The position numbers and the translations under genes are program-made. Positions 1 through 9,835 of a stretch of DNA of 64,000 nt are shown one piece after another. The first letter of the stretch is position 1; each line of letters opens with the position of its first letter. The stretch lies in sequence record NC_007623.1; one strand, written 5' to 3'. Below the pieces are notes generated by a model. The model worked only from the letters and a program-made list of their open reading frames with translations. It did no database searches and had not been told where the DNA came from.

Positions 1-8
1 ATTGTTCC

Positions 9-1970
9 ATGCATTACTTCGGGATGATGTTCTTTACTGGGAACATCAACGGGGTGGACCGTGTAACCGGGGTGTACATCGATTGCAGTTACGATTTCAA
101 CCCTGAAACAGCGACCTTCGTAGTGGTTAAACAACCCCCCGTACAGACCGTTGACCTGAGCAAGATCATCAGCAAAAATTCAACGGCCTCTGTGCATTAT
201 GCAGGTATTAGTGACGTCTTCTTCAACATCTCTGATCACTCCAGTCACCTCCTGTTGGAGAATAAGGTGATTGTTGGGATGTCACGTCTAGGGTTGAGGG
301 TCTCTTTCCCGGGGTTGTTTAGCCGTTTGCAGTTCAACAAAAACCCGAATGTAACCGCCAGTGGGATGTTGCGGGATTACATGCACGCGGACAATGCGAA
401 CTTCTCGGGGATGGGGGTGTGGGAAACGCCCAGTTACCCTATTAAGAACGGAGGGCGAATCAGTGCAGTGGGGTATGAACTTGCCGGGGAGTATTTCTGG
501 GCAGACAGCGCTGTTGATCATAACCGGTCGTTCTTCTACCGGAAGGTCAGCGGTGAATACGCCGTCCGTCCTGGGATTACCAACAGCAACTACCCCACCT
601 TATTGGCTCGACCGATCAGCGCAGAGGTGTACGAGAACCGGTTAGACCGTAATACTTCCCTGATCAGTGTAACCGGGAGTGCGGCGTTCCTGACCGCTGA
701 AGGGATTGAAATGGGGAACAGTTGTTTCTCTGTAATGGGAATGAACCATTTCGACGACCTGGCCTCAGGGGTTGAATCCGATACCACATGCCCTCGGGAG
801 TTTACCTTTAAAGCCCCTAAAGGAAATGGGATCGTGTTATCCTGCCCCAGAACCTTCAGTCGGGTAATGGACACTGGGGATCAAACCTTTACCCTGAAGG
901 GTGAAAGCCATTGGGGTGTTAAGCGTAACGTCATGGATAAACTGATCCAGTTGATCCCCGCTACCCTCAGGGAGAAATGGGCGGTTGAGTTGATGGTGAT
1001 CAATCCCATCAGTGGTAAAGGGTTCAGTCGGATGAACTACGCGCTGGCGTTGGTTCATACCCGGGACATCGAAGGGGGTCGGTATGTGGTCAAGAGTAAA
1101 CTGTTGGCCTGTGCACCGGTGATTGGTAATCCAGTCTCGGGGGTCTACCCGATTGATGACCTTACGATTCTTGATCAAACCGCATTTATCACCACGGTGA
1201 ACAACAGTGGGGCTGGGGATGAGTGGAGTGACACAGAAGCGGATGTTGTGGCGTGTCCTCAGGTGTCGCTTTATGTGGATGAAGCGACGAATACCCTCTC
1301 CGGGCGTATTTCGTCGTTGTACAACGTCCGAGGCGAAGCCTTGGGGTTCAACAAAGCAGTCCTGACCTTCAGCCTTAATAAGACCACTCAGAAATTCTCC
1401 AGTGTTACACCCTTTAACAACGGGGAAGGGATGTCCGCGGCGTGGTGTGTGCAGAACCACGCCATTCCTAACGCCGGGTTAATTACCCAACAGCAAGGCT
1501 ACGTCTTTGAGGACACTGGCGGTGCAGGGTATGTAGGGAAGATCGGAACGAACACGTATTTGATTGGTTCCTGTTACCCGGAAGTGGGTTGGACGATTTT
1601 CTTCCAAGAAGAAGTCGAGATGATGATCAACGGTACCGTGTACAAAATGCCCGGTGGGTCTATCGACTTGAGGAATGTGTCCTCGAATCCTCGTAACAAA
1701 ACGTTCTACATCTATGCGACGGTTGAAGAGTCGGAAGGACGGTATATTGTCTCCGATGTTAAACTGCGGCGTTCCAGTGAGTTGCTGCATGTCGCAACCG
1801 CCGTGACGAACACCAACCAGATTGCCAGTATTACCCGGCAGAAAGTCTTTACCATCGGTGAGTTCCTATTAAGTTACACACGGACGGGAGGGATTATTCC
1901 GGTGAGTTCTGGTTTACCGCAGGATGAAGGTACGTTTAGCTTCTTGAAAGCCTCGGAACTTTTACCTTAA
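9..1970 (+). CDS. Tail fibre / baseplate-associated virion protein, probably 5'-truncated by the window edge
   Basis: 653-aa beta-rich ORF; frame is open upstream to the window start; C-terminus (YTRTGGIIP) resembles that of the next ORF (STRRGTAIP), as in phiKZ-like tail-fibre paralogue arrays. Confidence 0.6.
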   Translation: MHYFGMMFFTGNINGVDRVTGVYIDCSYDFNPETATFVVVKQPPVQTVDLSKIISKNSTASVHYAGISDVFFNISDHSSHLLLENKVIVGMSRLGLRVSFPGLFSRLQFNKNPNVTASGMLRDYMHADNANFSGMGVWETPSYPIKNGGRISAVGYELAGEYFWADSAVDHNRSFFYRKVSGEYAVRPGITNSNYPTLLARPISAEVYENRLDRNTSLISVTGSAAFLTAEGIEMGNSCFSVMGMNHFDDLASGVESDTTCPREFTFKAPKGNGIVLSCPRTFSRVMDTGDQTFTLKGESHWGVKRNVMDKLIQLIPATLREKWAVELMVINPISGKGFSRMNYALALVHTRDIEGGRYVVKSKLLACAPVIGNPVSGVYPIDDLTILDQTAFITTVNNSGAGDEWSDTEADVVACPQVSLYVDEATNTLSGRISSLYNVRGEALGFNKAVLTFSLNKTTQKFSSVTPFNNGEGMSAAWCVQNHAIPNAGLITQQQGYVFEDTGGAGYVGKIGTNTYLIGSCYPEVGWTIFFQEEVEMMINGTVYKMPGGSIDLRNVSSNPRNKTFYIYATVEESEGRYIVSDVKLRRSSELLHVATAVTNTNQIASITRQKVFTIGEFLLSYTRTGGIIPVSSGLPQDEGTFSFLKASELLP

Positions 1971-1975
1971 GGTAA

Positions 1976-1996
1976 AGGGGGAGTAAACCTCCCCCT
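1976..1996 (+). terminator. Intergenic hairpin
   Basis: AGGGGGAG-taaac-CTCCCCCT, 8-bp stem. Confidence 0.5.
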
Positions 1997-2019
1997 GATC
2001 TTTTAAATGGAGTAGCTTT

Positions 2020-4890
2020 ATGATTATCCTTGGCGGGGAACCCCCTTTCATCGAAAACCCTGAACCCAGGTTCGGTGGAGTGATCTCCAAGCTCAATGAG
2101 ATGACCTACAAACTGGAAGCGTGTGTTCACAGCTACAATGAGGGGACTAAAGAAAAGATCCGGTTGTTCAACGCAAACCTGAATGATTTCATTAACCAAG
2201 CCATTGTCCCCATTGACGCCCACATCAATTCCCGGGGGGCAGTCCACGGTGAAACCAAACGGACGATTGGGTTGGGCCTTAAGGACAACTACCGGACGGC
2301 TACCCTGGCGGAACAACAGTCGCTAACGCCTGTGTTGGCGTATGTGACCCCTCACGGTGCTCGCGCTGCGGTTGTAGCCAACAACGTCGGTTATAACGGC
2401 GCGGATTATCAACCCAATGACGTGTTTCAATTCTCGTCGTTCTACAACCCGGATGAATACCCGGTAGTTCCTCCAACGGTGGTTCAACCCATTCGTTATT
2501 TTGGGTACTCCTTGAATGTCGGGATGATGATCAACAACGACCGTCTGGTGTTGTCTCCGGTTACCGATCCGTCTCGTTACCAACGGTACACCGCCTTCTT
2601 GTCTGGTTCTCTGGCGAACGCAGGGGGAACACAGTTCTCGGAGATTCAGAACCTCAACGCGTATTACACCGGACGGAATTGGAATGCGGTAGGAGGGTTT
2701 ACCAGTTCGGGCAAAGTGGCCTTCTTTAAACCCCTGGCTGAGAAGAAGATCTACGAGTTCAAGAACACCCTCCCATTAACCCCCAGTAGTGCTAACTTCC
2801 TGCTGTATCAAGGGTATAGCACGGCGGTCTATAAAGGACTGGGGGTTAGTTGGGAACGAGTCGGTACGGTTCTGACCCTAAAGCACTATTTCTTCAACGT
2901 GAACTTCCTGGAAACCGATCCCACTTTGGTGGAGCAGGTGACTGCGTCGTACACCGCCCGGTTTACTCAGATCAATAAAACACCGTATACCGGACCGGCT
3001 AACGGGAGTCATTCGTACGACATTAATGACTTTGTGACCCTGAGTGCAGGTCAGACCCTGGAGATGAATGGAGGACTGCAACCCACCACAGCCCTCTTCT
3101 GGAACATTCAAGACCGGGAAATCTACCTCTTTGTCGTTATTCCGGTGAATGTGGTCCAAGGGGGTATTCGTCGGCCGTATAACCTCTCCTTCGTGGAATC
3201 CATTGTCCCGGGTACCTTGGAGAATGGAGGAACGGCAACCTTTACCCAACTGGGTAATTTGGTCAAGGACATTATTCAACCGAATATGCTACCCACTGCT
3301 GACGCTAAATGGTTGCGGTACGCGAACACCTGGGATTTCAATAATCCGACCTGGTATCCTGGGATCGTTCTGAAGTCAGGGGAAGTGGTTAAAGCGGTCG
3401 CCACGAAGAACGGTCTACGGGTTAAGCGATTTACCACACCCCATAAAGGCTTGAGGGAATGGGTGTTGGGAGAACGGGCTGAAGTGGGGATGAATGAAGT
3501 TCGTACAGAGTTTTATCCTCCGTCACGCCATAGTCCTTTTGGGCCGGTTCCTGATCGCTTATTCCCCATTGAACACACCGCTGGTACCACGCGGTATCTG
3601 GCTTATTCCGTTGACAGTGAAACTGGGTTGTATGAGTGGAGTGAGTTGACCTGGTCGAATACCTCCATTGTGGGTGTAACCACGGGGAATAAGTTCGGTA
3701 TTGTTCCAGCGGATGTTGGGATTATTAATAGGGAGTTGACCCGTATCCCTAGGGCCATGGCGTCGTTTGCTAGCCTGCTGGTGGATGGAGTCAGTATCAA
3801 CGCCCTGTGTTTCACACCGGATAACCAGTATACCGGGTATGCTTCAATCGCCATGGCGAATGGACGAGTCCAGTTGGGCGCTGAGGTCAAACTCTCCCCA
3901 ACCAGCTTGATTACCCTGCAAGCCGCCAGTGGGGGTATTCTGGCTCGTGCAGCCATTGCGAACCCTCAAGTCAACAACGCCCTCAGGGAAAGTGTGATCA
4001 ACGTCTTTGCTGTCGCAGATAACTTCGCGTTGGTGGTGATTACCGATGGGATGTGTTACGCAGAGGCTGCTGTGGTTCCGTATACGGTGAGTGGTGGGGT
4101 CTTTAGGCTGAACTTCCCCTCCGCTACGGGCTTCGTTACTAAACCGGTTACCCCAGCCGGTATGGTCGTACCGGGCACGTACCGCTATTCCCATTCCGGT
4201 GATAACCCGTGGATGACCTACGTGGATGTCCAAGTGATTGAAACCCAACGGTATGAATGGGCGGTTGTGGTCAGTCGACCCTTTGGGGACCTCTACGGGG
4301 ATATCAGTTTCAAAATCACGGATTACCCGTTTACACCCACCTACACCGTAGGACGGGTCAATCCAGCGAAACTGTATACGGCGTCATCACCCTTTGATAC
4401 GGTGAACGAAGTTCACCCGCCTGTCTTGATCCCTCGGAAGGGAATCTACCAGTACGACCCTGCTAACACCGGCTACTCCACGAATCTGTTGGAGGTCGGC
4501 GGAGCGGGGGTGGTGGATCCGTACGACGTAAATGAAAGCGGCTGGGTGAGTATTCCTGCTCGATCCAGGGTGGTTATAAGGGGACGTGCGTATATCCTGG
4601 ATAAGGAATACCCCATTAAGGTCAACCCTACCGGAACGACGTACTGTTATTTGGTACGCCAAGGGGATGCGTTGGTAGGGTTGGGGTCTCCCGTACGCCG
4701 AGAGGTCAATAACTCGGAAGTCCTCTTTGGGATTGCAACGAACGGGATTCTTACCATCGATCATTCGTACATCGTGATGGGTGGTCATGTGGTGAGTTCT
4801 ACCCGTCGGGGTACGGCTATTCCCACCTTTGTGGATGACGGGAACTTGGGGGTTAACACCTTCTTTACCCGACGTGACATCATTGATTAA
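2020..4890 (+). CDS. Tail fibre / virion structural protein
   Basis: 956 aa with GGAG RBS; N-terminal H..(RG)AVHGET..TIGLG..DNY motif typical of phiKZ-like tail fibres; beta-rich body. Confidence 0.65.
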   Translation: MIILGGEPPFIENPEPRFGGVISKLNEMTYKLEACVHSYNEGTKEKIRLFNANLNDFINQAIVPIDAHINSRGAVHGETKRTIGLGLKDNYRTATLAEQQSLTPVLAYVTPHGARAAVVANNVGYNGADYQPNDVFQFSSFYNPDEYPVVPPTVVQPIRYFGYSLNVGMMINNDRLVLSPVTDPSRYQRYTAFLSGSLANAGGTQFSEIQNLNAYYTGRNWNAVGGFTSSGKVAFFKPLAEKKIYEFKNTLPLTPSSANFLLYQGYSTAVYKGLGVSWERVGTVLTLKHYFFNVNFLETDPTLVEQVTASYTARFTQINKTPYTGPANGSHSYDINDFVTLSAGQTLEMNGGLQPTTALFWNIQDREIYLFVVIPVNVVQGGIRRPYNLSFVESIVPGTLENGGTATFTQLGNLVKDIIQPNMLPTADAKWLRYANTWDFNNPTWYPGIVLKSGEVVKAVATKNGLRVKRFTTPHKGLREWVLGERAEVGMNEVRTEFYPPSRHSPFGPVPDRLFPIEHTAGTTRYLAYSVDSETGLYEWSELTWSNTSIVGVTTGNKFGIVPADVGIINRELTRIPRAMASFASLLVDGVSINALCFTPDNQYTGYASIAMANGRVQLGAEVKLSPTSLITLQAASGGILARAAIANPQVNNALRESVINVFAVADNFALVVITDGMCYAEAAVVPYTVSGGVFRLNFPSATGFVTKPVTPAGMVVPGTYRYSHSGDNPWMTYVDVQVIETQRYEWAVVVSRPFGDLYGDISFKITDYPFTPTYTVGRVNPAKLYTASSPFDTVNEVHPPVLIPRKGIYQYDPANTGYSTNLLEVGGAGVVDPYDVNESGWVSIPARSRVVIRGRAYILDKEYPIKVNPTGTTYCYLVRQGDALVGLGSPVRREVNNSEVLFGIATNGILTIDHSYIVMGGHVVSSTRRGTAIPTFVDDGNLGVNTFFTRRDIID

Positions 4891-4903
4891 CCCTTAATGA
4901 ATC

Positions 4904-4933
4904 CCCCTACCTCCCCGTTAAGGGAGGTAGGGG
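4904..4933. terminator. Bidirectional hairpin between convergent genes
   Basis: CCCCTACCTCCC-cgttaa-GGGAGGTAGGGG, 12-bp perfect stem. Confidence 0.7.
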
Positions 4934-4945
4934 AGGTCCAGTGGA

Positions 4946-5953
4946 TTAAGCCACGGGTGGCGAGGTGGTTCCATTGCCCGGGTCTACACCTCCGTGAATA
5001 TGGAGGTTCAGAGACACTCTCACGGTTCTCACATCGGTTTGTCCAATAACAAGACCTGTACTCACACTGTTACCGGTACGGGTGGTATTCCCGTTTTGGG
5101 TATAATTACCCTCTTGAGTATAGTTCCCTTCTTGTTCGGTATTGCCCGTATGGGTAATGTTCCCTTCCCAGTTCGTCTGACCAATGGCGATGTTCGCCAA
5201 ATTGGCTTTCATGTTAATGGTGTCGGACTGAAGGTTAAAGGTCTTCGTTAAGACATTGATTTCCTTCTCCGCATGAAAGCTAATACTGTCTTTGGTGTAA
5301 AAGGCCATCTTCTCCTTATTGACAGCAATGGTGGACCCTTCCTTGTTGGTATAGGTGAACTGATGTTTGTAATCATCGAAACTGAAGATACTCCCATCAG
5401 TTCCTCGAATATCGATGCGGCCTTCTTTGGCATTGACTTGGATATCAAAGCCCGACCGTTCCCCATTGGACTGAGAGGTCCGTAGTCCCACTAACCCGTC
5501 GTGGGTACTGACCCTGGCTGTATAGAAGTTATCCGGGTTAAAGGCCACGTCCTGAGCCAATCCAGGGTTAGCCCCCCAGCCCCACAAAACCGTCTCTAAG
5601 CGGAAACGATCCGTATTGTCCCCAAAGATGTCCCAGTAATACTGGTTCTGACCTGTGATTTGAAACACCCACACCTTAGCCCCTTCCCGGACATCCGGTG
5701 AGGTAAGTCGGTTCCCATTCCCAATGGATCGCCAGACCGCTGGTACGGTGTTTGACACCAGGGTTTTACTGGTAATCATCTCCCCTTCTTTATTCTGGCT
5801 GGTTTCTTCCTTCTGTTCTGTTTTAGCCAGGGTTCTCCCATCGGCGGTAGGAGAATGCAATGGAAGGTGGATCATTGCTTCGTGGGTATTGGTGTCCTTC
5901 GTGGCGGCAACCGTCCCTACACCCAACCATTTAACCACGTTCACTAAACTCAT
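4946..5953 (-). CDS. Baseplate central spike (gpV/gp5-like)
   Basis: N-terminal OB-fold-like region (P..G..VWV..); C-terminal 6-residue beta-helix repeats EGNYTQ-EGNYTQ-NGNTTR; terminal HIHGGV (HxH metal-binding tip). Confidence 0.75.
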   Translation of the reverse strand: MSLVNVVKWLGVGTVAATKDTNTHEAMIHLPLHSPTADGRTLAKTEQKEETSQNKEGEMITSKTLVSNTVPAVWRSIGNGNRLTSPDVREGAKVWVFQITGQNQYYWDIFGDNTDRFRLETVLWGWGANPGLAQDVAFNPDNFYTARVSTHDGLVGLRTSQSNGERSGFDIQVNAKEGRIDIRGTDGSIFSFDDYKHQFTYTNKEGSTIAVNKEKMAFYTKDSISFHAEKEINVLTKTFNLQSDTINMKANLANIAIGQTNWEGNITHTGNTEQEGNYTQEGNYTQNGNTTRTGNSVSTGLVIGQTDVRTVRVSLNLHIHGGVDPGNGTTSPPVA

Positions 5954-6003
5954 ACTCGCGTCCTCATTATCTAGAGACTCACTTCACTTAAAGAATTCAT
6001 ACC

Positions 6004-8472
6004 ATGTTTATATTAACTAAATTGATCCTAGAGAATTACATTCCTCTGTTAAGCAGCGGAATCAAACGGGTAGAATTGGATCTGAATCATTTGGTTAACC
6101 TGTTGATCGCTCAGAACGGTGTCGGGAAAACCAGTATCCTCCGAGAAGCCAATCCCCTGGCTCCTGAAAATGCCAACTACCGCGGTATTGGACGTAAGTA
6201 CGTGGAGATTAAACGGGGATTGGACCATTTCGTTTTGGATTCTAAAACAGACTTAGGCAATGGTCACAGTTTCAAGTTTAACGGGAAAGAGTTAAACAAG
6301 AATGGAACCTTTACGGAACAGAAGGACTTGGTATGGATCCATTTCCGGTTAGACAGTACTATCAGCCGTATTCTGTCCGGGCTTAAACCCAACAGTCTGT
6401 TTTCAGCGATGCCAGTGGCTCAACGTAAAGACTTCTTTATGTTCATCTACCCGAATGACACGAGTTACGCCTTAGGGGTCTTTAACAAGCTTAAGACAGA
6501 ACGTCGTGAACTGGCGGCTGCAATTAAGAACCAAGTCATGCGGTATACGGAAGAGAGTGCTAAACTCAAGCAGATCACCGAATGTGGTCCGGAAGAGCTG
6601 GAACGTCGAGTTAAGACGATTGAGACTGAACTGAGGGAGTCCTTGTTGGTACGAGGGGGTTTGGAGCAGGTGAAAGTAGACCCTGAGCTCCAAAGTAAGA
6701 TTGATACCTTCAAACGTCTGGCTGAGCAGATGACATTGAACCGAGTCAGCGGGTTCTTTGAGACTGAGGCTGAACTCAGACAGGGAATCGAAACAGTTCA
6801 AGCTATCTTGAGTGTTCACGAAGGCCAAGCCACTGCCATTCAAATGGTTATCAGTGAGCACGTAGGGGTTTTGGAAGGAATGGAGGAGATCAAAGAAGAT
6901 CCCTTTGTCTTCCATCATCAAGCGGAACAACTCAAGGTGGAACTCACTGCTCTCCGGGAAGAATACAAACAACATGGGGTGCTATTGGGTAATTACCCTT
7001 TGTTCAACGATGACGCCTATGACTTTACCGGTTTGGAATTGGTGTACGAGGCCTTGGTGGCTCAATTGCGTCGGGTGGTGAATGCCAGTACTCCTGAGTT
7101 AACCGGAGGGCGGTATAAAGAGTATACCGTCAAACTGGAGCAAACCCGTAATCAACTGAGGGCCTCTAAGAATGAGCTGGACACTCTCACCCACCAGTTG
7201 AAACATTATGATGCCATGGAGCTGGTGACTTGTCCGGAATGTACCCATGAATTCAAGGTCGGGATTACCGCGAATGAACTGCGTGCAGCACGGGTTAAAG
7301 CGGAAGCCCTTAAGTTGAGTGTGACTAAACTGGAGCAGGATGTTGAAACCCTGGAAAGATTAGTCGAACAGGACAGTGAGTGGTACCACAGCATGTTAGC
7401 CCTACATCAGTTCTGCCGGATGAATGGTGATGTTAAGTGCCTTCCTGAACTGATTAAAGCATACGACATGGGTAAGTCGGATACCAACATCCTTTTAAAC
7501 GCCCTCAGGGCCTTCATGGGGCGTTTTAACTGTAAGAGACGTATCGATGCCCTACTGGAAGAAGAAAAGCTCTTAAACACGCGTATAGGGCTGTTACAGA
7601 AGGATTCGGTATTAGACATCGCTACCTACTTAAAGAGTCTGGAACACGACCTGGAAGTGGAGAACAGTCGTATTGGTTTCTACCGTCGGCGTGTTGAACA
7701 GCTTATAAGGAACCTAAAGACCATCCACACCTACACCCGAGACCTGGAGACCCTCCGCTGTCTTAAAGACGAGATCTTCAAAGGGTTGGAACAGCAAGGG
7801 TTGGTGGAACTGCGTAAACGGGTTGATGAACGGATTCATTTGCTAACGGATGAGAAGGATGAATACCTCGCCTCCATTATCAAAAGCCGTTCGTTGAGTG
7901 CGGTTGTCGCGTCTATTTCGGAAGACATTGATCGTTTAAAACGCCGTCTGAAGATTGTGGATGGGTTAATGAACGGTCTGTGTCCGAATAAGGGGTTGAT
8001 CGGTAAGCTGATGACGGATTTCATCAAGACCTATTGTGCCAATATGAATGCGGTGATTCAATCAGTGTGGAACACCACCCTGTTTGTTAAACCCTGCCAT
8101 AAGGACAACGGGGATTTGAACTGGAAGTTCCCGGTGGTTACCGGTGATGATGAGCCCACGCCAGATGTCAGTGATTGCAGTTTGGGTGAAGCAGGTATCA
8201 TTGACTTTGCGTTCCGTTATGTGGCCATTCGTTACCACGGTAACTTCCCTCTGATGCTGGATGAGGTGGGTACCACCTTCGATGAAATCAAACGCGGTCG
8301 TTTCTTCAATTTCATTCACGAGTTAACCACCCAGAAGGACGCTAAACAACTCTTCATGATTAGCCATTACATTACTCAATACGGAATGTTCACCAACCCG
8401 AATGTAATTGCGATGTGTTATGAAGGGTTGAGTTTACCGGGTGAAGTCAATCAACACAGTGTTATCAATTAA
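6004..8472 (+). CDS. sbcC: SbcC/Rad50-like SMC ATPase
   Basis: Walker A AQNGVGKTS, long coiled coils, central CPEC zinc hook, signature-like CSLGE, Walker B LMLDE. Confidence 0.9.
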   Translation: MFILTKLILENYIPLLSSGIKRVELDLNHLVNLLIAQNGVGKTSILREANPLAPENANYRGIGRKYVEIKRGLDHFVLDSKTDLGNGHSFKFNGKELNKNGTFTEQKDLVWIHFRLDSTISRILSGLKPNSLFSAMPVAQRKDFFMFIYPNDTSYALGVFNKLKTERRELAAAIKNQVMRYTEESAKLKQITECGPEELERRVKTIETELRESLLVRGGLEQVKVDPELQSKIDTFKRLAEQMTLNRVSGFFETEAELRQGIETVQAILSVHEGQATAIQMVISEHVGVLEGMEEIKEDPFVFHHQAEQLKVELTALREEYKQHGVLLGNYPLFNDDAYDFTGLELVYEALVAQLRRVVNASTPELTGGRYKEYTVKLEQTRNQLRASKNELDTLTHQLKHYDAMELVTCPECTHEFKVGITANELRAARVKAEALKLSVTKLEQDVETLERLVEQDSEWYHSMLALHQFCRMNGDVKCLPELIKAYDMGKSDTNILLNALRAFMGRFNCKRRIDALLEEEKLLNTRIGLLQKDSVLDIATYLKSLEHDLEVENSRIGFYRRRVEQLIRNLKTIHTYTRDLETLRCLKDEIFKGLEQQGLVELRKRVDERIHLLTDEKDEYLASIIKSRSLSAVVASISEDIDRLKRRLKIVDGLMNGLCPNKGLIGKLMTDFIKTYCANMNAVIQSVWNTTLFVKPCHKDNGDLNWKFPVVTGDDEPTPDVSDCSLGEAGIIDFAFRYVAIRYHGNFPLMLDEVGTTFDEIKRGRFFNFIHELTTQKDAKQLFMISHYITQYGMFTNPNVIAMCYEGLSLPGEVNQHSVIN

Positions 8473-8476
8473 TTTT

Positions 8477-8496
8477 AAACCTACATTATTCATTTG
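8477..8496 (+). promoter_or_regulatory. Putative early promoter
   Basis: AAACCTACATTAT-tcatt-TG; one of 10 intergenic copies; resembles the phiKZ early TATATTAC motif. Confidence 0.7.
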
Positions 8497-8511
8497 CAAG
8501 GAATACCTCTA

Positions 8512-8805
8512 ATGAACGTTCAACTCCCACGATCGGTTACCCTGGATGCCTATCTTCAACCGGACGGTACACTTATGCTGGGGCCGGGTCAGGCTAAAGT
8601 AACCATTAACTACCATTCGGATCCTCAAGAATCCATTAATGCGTGCATTGTCTTTGGAGGGGCAATGCAAGCGATTGTGACTTTTGATGAAACCGGTCAG
8701 ACCCCTGTGAGTTATACGCTGTTGAATCCAGGGGGTGATTACACCGTTGAGCAGTCGGTTCTTAACATCTTGTCCTATTTCGGAGTCAGTGCTCCGATGA
8801 ACTAG
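8512..8805 (+). CDS. Hypothetical protein (97 aa)
   Basis: AAGGA RBS before ATG 8512; first gene after the promoter motif. Confidence 0.65.
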   Translation: MNVQLPRSVTLDAYLQPDGTLMLGPGQAKVTINYHSDPQESINACIVFGGAMQAIVTFDETGQTPVSYTLLNPGGDYTVEQSVLNILSYFGVSAPMN

Positions 8806-8817
8806 GAGTCATGAGTC

Positions 8818-9258
8818 ATGAACAAAGCTGAAGTGATAGAACGGTACCGCGAACTGGTCGAAGACCTCACCCTCCCGCCGCATCAGGTGATCCTGTCGGC
8901 GGGTGCCGCCTTGGTGGTAATGGGCATCCGAGAGGAAACAAGTGACCTCGATGTGGATGTCCCTACCAGCGTGTTCAACTGGGCGAGTAATAAGTTCGGG
9001 GTTATCGAGAACGAAACCGTGAATAAACGGGTTCAATACACCCCCCTGGTCGATCTCCATGAATACGACGAGAACACGGGAGTGGTGTGTATTGAGGGGG
9101 TGTGGTTGTACAGCCCTACGGAGTTACTGAAACAGAAACACTGGCTCACGAAGCTGGCTGATCGAACGGACGTTAAGACCCAACAGGATCACCGTGATAT
9201 CCGCCAACTGGAAATTCTCACTCAGTCTCAACCATTCACTGCACGCGCATTGTTGTAA
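8818..9258 (+). CDS. Minimal nucleotidyltransferase, AbiEii/DUF6036-like
   Basis: ILSAGAAL..MGIREETSDLDVDV (G..R.T.DxD) plus C-terminal LLKQK..R..QD.RDI..L. Confidence 0.7.
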   Translation: MNKAEVIERYRELVEDLTLPPHQVILSAGAALVVMGIREETSDLDVDVPTSVFNWASNKFGVIENETVNKRVQYTPLVDLHEYDENTGVVCIEGVWLYSPTELLKQKHWLTKLADRTDVKTQQDHRDIRQLEILTQSQPFTARALL

Positions 9259-9272
9259 GGTTAGGTTACGGT

Positions 9273-9767
9273 ATGTTTTACAGTCAATTGGAAGTGGTAG
9301 AAGCCGTTCAACGGTTCTCTGAGGCTCATAACACCCCATTGGATAAGATCGCTATTGGCGGAGGTGGGGCTATCATGCTCATGGGGGGTCGTGAAACCAC
9401 CTATGATTTGAACATTTGGGTGGAGAGTCCGTTCTTTGAACGCATTGCTGAAACCCAGAACGCTCTCCTCAGTCCTATGAGAGACAATGTGTTCCACATT
9501 GAAACGGTTATTGATTCCATGGATCAAACCGATCACGTCACCACACGTCGCCATTACTGGGTGCGTAAACGTAACCTCTATTTCCCCACTGTTCCTGTTA
9601 AGCTGGATCAATGTCCTGAAGTCTACATCTTCGATGCGATGTCACTGTTGATTCAGAAACGAGGGAGCTACAGTCGCCCTGAACGAGGACTCCGTCGTAA
9701 ACAGGATTACAGCGACATCTGTTTCTTGAATGCGTTGCTAAAGGAAGAACACAAAGTCAGGGCTTAA
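9273..9767 (+). CDS. Second AbiEii/DUF6036-like nucleotidyltransferase paralogue (DxD changed to DxN)
   Basis: IAIGGGGAI.LMGGRETTYDLNIWV plus LLIQK..R..QDYSDI..L. Confidence 0.65.
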   Translation: MFYSQLEVVEAVQRFSEAHNTPLDKIAIGGGGAIMLMGGRETTYDLNIWVESPFFERIAETQNALLSPMRDNVFHIETVIDSMDQTDHVTTRRHYWVRKRNLYFPTVPVKLDQCPEVYIFDAMSLLIQKRGSYSRPERGLRRKQDYSDICFLNALLKEEHKVRA

Positions 9768-9777
9768 CCTTAGGACA

Positions 9778-9803
9778 GTACCAGGGGATCACTCCCCTGG
9801 TAC
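9778..9803 (+). terminator. Intergenic hairpin without U-tract
   Basis: GTACCAGGGGA-tcac-TCCCCTGGTAC. Confidence 0.5.
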
Positions 9804-9835
9804 GTCTTCCTCCTTATACGGTTTAGGAGATTACA

